Assembly (NCBI GenBank): GCA_002717245.1
Contig: PBCY01000018.1
Span: forward strand, 1,135-65,134
Length of the DNA: 64,000 bases
Reading direction: 5' to 3'
Source of the DNA: Pelagibacteraceae bacterium
GTDB taxonomy: Bacteria; Pseudomonadota; Alphaproteobacteria; GCA-002720895
Part shown: positions 56,096-64,000 of the stretch, one piece after another
Layout of the letters: every line of letters begins with the position of its first letter
Position numbering within the stretch: position 1 is the stretch's first letter
The notes under the pieces: model-generated
What the model saw: only the letters and a program-made list of their open reading frames with translations
Told to the model about the DNA's origin: nothing
Databases searched by the model: none
Translations under genes and position numbers: made by a program

Positions 56096-57908
56096 ATTAA
56101 TATTCAACGAACATTGTATGAAAAATAAAGAAAAAAATTATTTTGTTAATTTAAAGAAAGACCCTTCAAAATATTACGAATTATCAAGAAAAATTAATTC
56201 TTTAACAAAAGGTTTTGATAATATTAAAGTTGTTTTTTTGTCTAATTTTACTTTAGAATTATTGGAACCTTTTATCAAAGTTGAGTTAGCAAAAAGAAAA
56301 TTTAAACCTAATATCTCTTTTGAGCCTTATGATCAAGTTGAGCAAACTATATATAATTTAGATAGTAATATATATAAAAAAACTGATGCTATTGTTATTG
56401 CGTTAAAGATTGAGAACTTTTTTCCTGATATATTTAATGAACTAATTTACAGTGTTTCAAAAATTAATATTAGAATAAATGAAGTAAAAAAAAGAATATT
56501 AAAAATTATTAGTCAAATAAGGAAAAATAATTCTTATTCAAGAATAATATTATTTAACTTTAGTTTTGTAGAAAATGATATTCAAGGTTTTACTTCGGCG
56601 TCTTCAAAGATTAATTTAAATTATCTTTTACAAGAAGTTAATTCTTATTTATCAACATTAACAAAGAAGTTTAGTTCTTTATTTATTTTTGATTTAAATA
56701 AAGTGACTCAAAAAGTTGGATTAAATAATTTTTTTGATAAAAAACTTTTTTTATTAAGTAAAATGCCATTTTCTTTAGACGGACAGATTGAAGTTTCAGA
56801 TTTATTATCAAGATTTATAAGCGCAACAATAAAAGTTCCAAAAAAATGTTTAGTTTTAGATGCAGATAATACAATTTGGGGAGGAATTATTGGAGAAGAT
56901 AATATAGATGGAATAAAATTAGGAGAAGATTTTCCTGGTAATATTTATAAAACATTTCAAAGATATATTTTAAGTTTAAGAAAAAAAGGTGTTCTGCTCG
57001 CACTTGCAAGTAAAAATAATGAATTAGATGTTTTAAAAGTTTTTAAAAATCATCAAGACTGTTTATTAAAAAAAAAACATTTTTCAGCTTTAGAAATTAA
57101 TTGGAATGACAAGGCTACAAATATAAAAAAAATTGCTAAACATTTAAACATAGGATTAAATTCGATGGTTTTTTTTGATGATAATCCCGCTGAAAGAGAT
57201 CTAATAAAGAAAACTTTGCCTGACGTTAATGTTATAGAAGTAGCAAAAGATCCATTGTTATACGAAGTGAATATTGAAAATTCTGAATTTTTTGATCATG
57301 TTTTTATAACTAATGATGATATGAAAAGACCTCAAATGTATGCTGAGGAAAATAAGAGAAAAAATTTTTTAAAAAAGAGTTCCAGCATAGATAATTATAT
57401 TAAGTCGTTGAAAATAATTTTAGAAATAGGTTTTATAAATAAAGATTTTATTAGAAGATGTTCTCAATTAATAAATAAAACAAATCAGTTTAATTTAACC
57501 GTTAAAAGAAAAAGTGAAGGAGAGTTAGATAATTTAATAAAAAATGAATCTATTTTAATGTGGGTAAGGGCTAAAGATAAATTTGGAGATAATGGTTTAG
57601 TAGGAGTTATTATAGCAGTAAAAAAAGATAATATTGATGAATGGGTTATTGAAAATTTTTTACTAAGTTGCAGAGTTATAGGAAGAAATATAGAAAATAT
57701 TTTATTATATGAGCTGGTTAAAGAGTTAAAAAAAAAAAAAAGTAAATTTATAGTAGGTGAATATATAAAAGGTGAAAAAAATTTAATTGTTAAAGATTTT
57801 TATAAATCTCAAGGTTTTAAAAAACAAAAAGAAAATTTTTGGATTAAGAGTATAAAAGATTTTAAAGAAGATAAATTGAGAAAATTTATAAAGGTTGTTA
57901 GGAAATAA
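56085..57908 (+). CDS. FkbH-like HAD-IIIC phosphatase/acyl-loading enzyme
   Basis: LVLDADNTIWGGIIGEDNIDGIKLGEDFPG...LALASKNNE...FFDDNP is the HAD-IIIC/FkbH core. The C-terminal FLLSCRVIGRNIE carries the conserved FkbH Cys. An in-frame alternative start is ATG 56118. Confidence 0.8.
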   Translation: MKYKLIFNEHCMKNKEKNYFVNLKKDPSKYYELSRKINSLTKGFDNIKVVFLSNFTLELLEPFIKVELAKRKFKPNISFEPYDQVEQTIYNLDSNIYKKTDAIVIALKIENFFPDIFNELIYSVSKINIRINEVKKRILKIISQIRKNNSYSRIILFNFSFVENDIQGFTSASSKINLNYLLQEVNSYLSTLTKKFSSLFIFDLNKVTQKVGLNNFFDKKLFLLSKMPFSLDGQIEVSDLLSRFISATIKVPKKCLVLDADNTIWGGIIGEDNIDGIKLGEDFPGNIYKTFQRYILSLRKKGVLLALASKNNELDVLKVFKNHQDCLLKKKHFSALEINWNDKATNIKKIAKHLNIGLNSMVFFDDNPAERDLIKKTLPDVNVIEVAKDPLLYEVNIENSEFFDHVFITNDDMKRPQMYAEENKRKNFLKKSSSIDNYIKSLKIILEIGFINKDFIRRCSQLINKTNQFNLTVKRKSEGELDNLIKNESILMWVRAKDKFGDNGLVGVIIAVKKDNIDEWVIENFLLSCRVIGRNIENILLYELVKELKKKKSKFIVGEYIKGEKNLIVKDFYKSQGFKKQKENFWIKSIKDFKEDKLRKFIKVVRK

Positions 57909-57913
57909 TTATT

Positions 57914-59593
<1,680 letters not shown>

Positions 59594-59881
59594 TTAATTT
59601 AAAATACCAATAACATCTTCTTCTTTAATAATTATAAGATCTTCACCGTCAACTTTAACCTCATCTCCTGAGTATTTACTAAATAATATTTTATCTCCTT
59701 CTTTAACATCTAATGCATTGCGTTTTCCTTCGCTATTAATTGATCCAGGTCCAACAGCAACAACTTTACCTTCAGATGGTTTTTCTTTTGCTGTATCTGG
59801 TATTATAATACCACCTTTTGTTTTTTCTGATTCTTCTAATCTTTTAACTAATATTCTATCGTGTAAAGGTTTAAATTTCAT
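59594..59881 (-). CDS. groES: Co-chaperonin GroES (Hsp10)
   Basis: [16 protein letters not shown]...[22 protein letters not shown]. 95 aa. Confidence 0.97.
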   Translation of the reverse strand: MKFKPLHDRILVKRLEESEKTKGGIIIPDTAKEKPSEGKVVAVGPGSINSEGKRNALDVKEGDKILFSKYSGDEVKVDGEDLIIIKEEDVIGILN

Positions 59882-59934
59882 AATATGTTTAAATTTAACT
59901 TAAATTTGATAGCTGAAATATAATAGTAATTAAT

Positions 59935-60870
59935 TTATTTTTCAAGTGGTAAGGTGACTTTTTTTTCTGAATTTTCTGAGTTTTCTGAATATAGCTCTTC
60001 TTTGCTTTCAGATATTGCAGTTTCAAGGACTATTTTTTTTACTTTTTCAAAAGCTCTAACTTCTATTTGCCTGATCCGCTCTCTTGAAACTTTATAAATT
60101 TTACTTAATGTTTCTAGTGTAGAAGGGGGATCGTTTAAGCATCTTTTTACAAAAATATTTTTTTCTCTTTCATTTAAATCTTCTAAAGCTTTAATGAGTA
60201 ATTCTTTTCTTTTACTTTTCTCTTCACTTTGATTAAATTTTTTTTCTTGATTATCTTCATTACTTTTTAACATATTTATTGCTTCAGTCCCATCTTCATC
60301 AGAAATAGGAGCATTTAAAGATTTTTCCGGTCCACTTAATCTTCTATTCATTTCTATGACATCTTTTTCATTAACACTTAATTTTTTTGCTATTTTTTTT
60401 ACTATTTCGACAGGTAACTCTCCTTTTTCTATCTGGTTCATTTGATTTTTTAGCTTTTGAAGATTAAAAAAAAGCTTTTTTTGAGCAGCTGTAGTTCCTA
60501 ATTTAACCAAGGACCAAGAATTAAGTATAAATTCATTAATACTAGCTTTAATCCACCAAATAGCATAAGTCGACAATCTAAATCCTTTATCTGGATCAAA
60601 TTTTTTAACTGCTTTCATTAACCCAACATTTCCTTCTGATATTAGGTCTTCTATAGGTAATTTATATCCTCTATAACCAAATGCTATTTTAGCAACTAAA
60701 CGTAAATGGCTAGTAATAAGTTTTCTGGCAGCTTTAGCATCACCTTTGGTTTGCCATCTTTTTGCAAGCATATATTCGTCTTTTTCAGTTAATATTGGGT
60801 ATTTAGAAACTGCTGTTAGGTATTGCGAAATACCACTTGAGGTTAATGTTGGTAATGAAGTTGTTGCCAT
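59935..60870 (-). CDS. rpoH: RNA polymerase sigma-32 (heat-shock sigma factor RpoH)
   Basis: Sigma-70 regions 2-4 are present. The RpoH-box-like segment is TTAAQKKLFFNLQKLK, and LRLVAKIAFGYRGYKLPIEDLISEGNVGLMKAV is also present. Confidence 0.92.
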   Translation of the reverse strand: MATTSLPTLTSSGISQYLTAVSKYPILTEKDEYMLAKRWQTKGDAKAARKLITSHLRLVAKIAFGYRGYKLPIEDLISEGNVGLMKAVKKFDPDKGFRLSTYAIWWIKASINEFILNSWSLVKLGTTAAQKKLFFNLQKLKNQMNQIEKGELPVEIVKKIAKKLSVNEKDVIEMNRRLSGPEKSLNAPISDEDGTEAINMLKSNEDNQEKKFNQSEEKSKRKELLIKALEDLNEREKNIFVKRCLNDPPSTLETLSKIYKVSRERIRQIEVRAFEKVKKIVLETAISESKEELYSENSENSEKKVTLPLEK

Positions 60871-60939
60871 TCAATTAATAGTTTAAAAAAATATATATTT
60901 TAAATATAGTGTTTTTGTTTTTTTAAACAATATAAGCAA

Positions 60940-61887
60940 TTAATTATTTCCCATTTTTTGTTTTTTATTTATACAAAATATATCAACAACTTCAGCTTTA
61001 ATTATTTTTTCAATGTCTTTAAAATTAATTTCTTTTTTTAAATTGTAATTAAAATAAATTTCATAATTTAATTTTTTTAAATAACTAAATATTTTTTTTA
61101 TAGAATCTTTTCTTAAAGCGTATTGATTTATTTCTATAATTAATTTAGGTGAATATTTCTTTAAAATTTTTTTCATTCCTAATAATGAGTAATACTCATG
61201 ACCTTCAACATCAATTTTTATAAAACTAACTTTATGATTAATTATATTATCTAATTTTATTAATTTAATTTTTTCTGATTTAAATTTAATTTTTTTTTTT
61301 TCAAAAATTTTTTTAAAAAAACTATATTTGAAGAAACTATAATTAGAAAGGTAGTTTTTATTTGTCGAACTACTTGCAAGGTAATCTTCTCTTTTGTATA
61401 TATTCTTTTCTTCATTTTTGTTTGAACAACCTAAATTATATATTTTTATATTATTAAAAGAGTTTATTTCTTTGTTTATTTGATTTTGTAAATATAGTTT
61501 TTTTATAGGTTCAATTGATATAACTTTTCCATTTTTACCAACAATATTTGATGCTATTAATGAGAAATAACCTATGTTACTTCCAACATCAATAAAACAT
61601 TGTTTTTTTTTGAGATTCTTTTTTATTATTTCTGTATTTGTTTCATCCCAGTTTTTTTTTGCATAAATAAATCTGTCAATAAAGCCATTTTTAGGATCTA
61701 ATAAAATTTTAATTTTATTAAGGTTTAAATAAATATTTTTAATTTTAGGTTTATTAAAAAATAAGCAGTTTAAATTTATCCATAATTTTAAAAATATTAT
61801 GTATAAGTCATTTATAAATTTAATATTAATTTCTTTTTCAATTAAACCATATTTAATTTTAGATAAATTTGATTTCATACAACACAC
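60940..61887 (-). CDS. FkbM family methyltransferase
   Basis: Motifs FIDVGSNIGYFSL and FIKIDVEGHEYYSL. The start may be the internal Met at 61878. Confidence 0.8.
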   Translation of the reverse strand: MCCMKSNLSKIKYGLIEKEINIKFINDLYIIFLKLWINLNCLFFNKPKIKNIYLNLNKIKILLDPKNGFIDRFIYAKKNWDETNTEIIKKNLKKKQCFIDVGSNIGYFSLIASNIVGKNGKVISIEPIKKLYLQNQINKEINSFNNIKIYNLGCSNKNEEKNIYKREDYLASSSTNKNYLSNYSFFKYSFFKKIFEKKKIKFKSEKIKLIKLDNIINHKVSFIKIDVEGHEYYSLLGMKKILKKYSPKLIIEINQYALRKDSIKKIFSYLKKLNYEIYFNYNLKKEINFKDIEKIIKAEVVDIFCINKKQKMGNN

Positions 61888-61941
61888 TTTGAAATTTCAA
61901 AATATATATTACTATGTTAAAAAAGATTTTGCGATTATTTT

Positions 61942-62016
61942 TGGGTGCGTAGCTCAGTGGTAGAGCACTACGTTGACATCGTAGGGGTCGGAAGTTCAAC
62001 TCTTCTCGCACCCACC
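61942..62016 (+). tRNA. tRNA-Val (anticodon GAC)
   Basis: A 75-nt cloverleaf folds by hand: GGGTGCG/TA/GCTC-AGTGGTA-GAGC/A/CTACG-TTGACAT-CGTAG/GGGTC/GGAAG-TTCAACT-CTTCT/CGCACCC/A/CCA. Confidence 0.9.
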
Positions 62017-62040
62017 ATTTAACAAAGGAGATTATCCTAA

Positions 62041-62748
62041 ATGAATAAAAAAATTTATATAGATTTTTTGGAATATTTAGTAGCTCAAAGAATGTTTAGC
62101 ACTTCTCAATTATCTCAAGATTTATTTGTAAGTTATTTTACAGAATTAAAAAAAGATGGTTTTTTTGTTGAATTTGGTGCAACAGATGGCATTACGCTTA
62201 GTAATACATTTATATTTGAAAAATATTGTAATTGGAATGGCATACTGGCCGAGCCTTTATCTACATGGCATGATAATTTATTTAAAAATAGAAAATGTAT
62301 AATTGATAAAAGATGTGTTTTTTCCAAAAGTAATTTAAAAAAAAATTTTGTTAATACTTATGAGATGCCTGAACTTTCTGGGTTAGAAAACGAATTACAC
62401 ATTGCTGATTTTAACGCTGAAGCTAGAAAAAAAAAAGAAATAGTAACTGTTGATACAGTAACTCTTGAAGATCTTTTAAAAGAACATAAAGCACCAGAGA
62501 AAATTGATTATTTATCTATAGATACAGAAGGCTCGGAATATTTGATATTAGAAAATTTTAATTTTAAATTATATGAAATTTCTATAATTACTATCGAGCA
62601 TAATTTTATAGATGATTTAAGAAATAAAATTAAATCATTGCTAGAAAAAAATAACTTTGTCAGGGTTTTTGAAAAAATAAGTCGTATGGATGATTGGTAT
62701 GTTAATAAAAATAATCCTGTATTAAAAAAATTACAACTAAAAGACTAG
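62041..62748 (+). CDS. FkbM family methyltransferase
   Basis: Motifs FVEFGATDGITLSNT and IDYLSIDTEGSEYLIL...ITIEHN. Confidence 0.75.
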   Translation: MNKKIYIDFLEYLVAQRMFSTSQLSQDLFVSYFTELKKDGFFVEFGATDGITLSNTFIFEKYCNWNGILAEPLSTWHDNLFKNRKCIIDKRCVFSKSNLKKNFVNTYEMPELSGLENELHIADFNAEARKKKEIVTVDTVTLEDLLKEHKAPEKIDYLSIDTEGSEYLILENFNFKLYEISIITIEHNFIDDLRNKIKSLLEKNNFVRVFEKISRMDDWYVNKNNPVLKKLQLKD

Positions 62749-62839
62749 ATAAAAAAGACTAGATAATTAGTAATAAAAATTTAATATTATTTTTAAAGTT
62801 TATTGATATATTAATTCTTATTTTAATTATGTTTTAATT

Positions 62840-63820
62840 ATGTTTAAAAAATCATTACTAATTTTATTATTTTTTGTAGTTTTCAAGAATGCATATTCTA
62901 GTGAAAACTTAATTCTTGAAGGTAATTTTTTTCCAGAAGGAATAGCAATATCGAGAAATGGTGACATTTATGTTGGAAGTTTAAAACATAATAAAATAGT
63001 AAAATTTAAAAAGAAAAATTCAAACCATCAAGATTTTATAGAAGCAAATACAAATGGCTTAATGTCTGTAATTGGTATTTTGTCTGATGACCGTAATAAA
63101 ATTCTTTGGGCGTGTTCTTCTAGTCCAGGAGTATCTAATTATCCTAAAGGAGATAATGTTGTTTCTTTAAAGGCATTTGATTTAAATAATGGCTCTCTTC
63201 TTAATAGTTACCAATTTCCAAATGGTGGCTTTTGTAATGATATTACAATTGACTCAAATGATAATATTTACGCAACTGATTCATTTAATCCAAGAATATT
63301 AAGATTAAATAAGTCTTCATCAAGGCTTGAGGTATGGTATGAAAATGAAGCATTTAAAGGAGAAGGTTTTAATTTAAACGGTATTACTTTTATAGATGGA
63401 AAAATATATACTGTGAAAATGAATTCAGGCGAATTATTTAGAATTAATGTAGGAATAAATGGTAAACCAGAAAAATTTGCAAAAATTGATTTACAAAGAT
63501 CTTTAAATGCACCGGATGGAGTAAAAGCAATAGATAAAAATAATTTACTTGTTGTAGAAAATAGAAGTGAAGGTACTTGGAAAGGCGCTTTAACAAAAAT
63601 TAATCTAAAAGACAATTCTTTGAATATTCTTAAGGACAATCTAGATACCCCTACAACAGTTGCTATCAAAGGAAATAGTGCTTGGGTTTTACAAGCACAG
63701 TTCGATCACTTATTTGGTGATAAAAAAGATATTTCCCCAGATCCTTTTGAAATAGTTAAAGTTCAAGTCAAACCATCTTTCTTGACATCATTCAAAAAAC
63801 TATTAAATTTTCTTAAATAA
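62840..63820 (+). CDS. Secreted beta-propeller protein (SMP-30/gluconolactonase/LRE- or NHL-like)
   Basis: The signal peptide is [20 protein letters not shown]. Blade-like motifs repeat: [50 protein letters not shown]. Confidence 0.45.
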   Translation: MFKKSLLILLFFVVFKNAYSSENLILEGNFFPEGIAISRNGDIYVGSLKHNKIVKFKKKNSNHQDFIEANTNGLMSVIGILSDDRNKILWACSSSPGVSNYPKGDNVVSLKAFDLNNGSLLNSYQFPNGGFCNDITIDSNDNIYATDSFNPRILRLNKSSSRLEVWYENEAFKGEGFNLNGITFIDGKIYTVKMNSGELFRINVGINGKPEKFAKIDLQRSLNAPDGVKAIDKNNLLVVENRSEGTWKGALTKINLKDNSLNILKDNLDTPTTVAIKGNSAWVLQAQFDHLFGDKKDISPDPFEIVKVQVKPSFLTSFKKLLNFLK

Positions 63821-63833
63821 TAGTTTTATTTTT

Positions 63834-63959
63834 ATGAAAGTTTTAAGTTCATTAAAATCAGCAAAAAAAAGACATCTGCATTGCAAAGTAGTGCGTCGTA
63901 GAGGTAGAGTTTACGTTATAAACAAAACAAACCCTAGATTTAAAGCGCGTCAAGGATAA
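63834..63959 (+). CDS. rpmJ: 50S ribosomal protein L36
   Basis: This ORF is not in the track. My translation is [41 protein letters not shown], a 41-aa sequence of the canonical L36 type. Confidence 0.9.
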   Translation: MKVLSSLKSAKKRHLHCKVVRRRGRVYVINKTNPRFKARQG

Positions 63960-64000
63960 TTCCATGACAATATTCTATTCTGCCCCATTACATTTAAAGT

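Noticed and set aside
59882-59934. A heat-shock promoter (sigma-32 CTTGAAA...CCCCAT) or a CIRCE inverted repeat (TTAGCACTC-N9-GAGTGCTAA) upstream of groES.
   Set aside because: I read the 53-nt gap on the coding strand and found neither consensus, only AT-rich sequence. I cannot call a promoter from the sequence alone.
61888-61901. A perfect 14-bp palindrome, TTTGAAATTTCAAA, between the FkbM gene start and tRNA-Val.
   Set aside because: It consists almost entirely of A and T in a genome where such palindromes arise often by chance. It is a single copy, shows no phasing, and has no associated regulator.

Overview
This window is extremely AT-rich and almost gap-free. Its proteins are rich in Lys, Asn and Ile, and GroEL and RpoH look alphaproteobacterial. 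That fits a streamlined marine alphaproteobacterium of the SAR11/Pelagibacterales type, but this is inference; no search was run.

Nearly the whole window is a cell-surface glycan island. It resembles the rRNA-associated hypervariable region known from SAR11. An orphan 5S rRNA and an initiator tRNA-Met (2.38-2.63 kb) sit among three polytopic membrane proteins, two of them GT-C-like glycosyltransferases. They are followed by a full-length homologue of animal CMP-Neu5Ac hydroxylase.

From 8.67 to 53.1 kb about 41 genes run head-to-tail on the + strand. The array opens with a winged-helix regulator behind a double palindrome, an RfaH/NusG paralogue and an ops-like GCGGTAGC box. It encodes:
- a pseudaminic-acid-like module
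- a neuA-neuB-neuC module
- a third NeuB-cupin module with a radical SAM enzyme
- rmlA, rmlB and an RmlC-FdtA fusion
- three NeuB-type synthases and four CMP-ulosonate cytidylyltransferases in total
- aminotransferases, methyltransferases, a carbamoyltransferase, an ABC exporter and several glycosyltransferases

The island ends with a divergent cassette of MBOAT, carrier protein, SGNH-like protein and FkbH-like loader (53.1-57.9 kb). I read this as a Dlt-like but non-D-alanine acyl-transfer system. Core genes follow: groEL, groES, rpoH, tRNA-Val and rpmJ, with FkbM-type methyltransferases interspersed.

Three genes are broken exactly at A10-A11 tracts, and many longer tracts stay in frame. I found no transposase, integrase, CRISPR array or recognisable defence genes. 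All homology calls rest on motifs read by eye.
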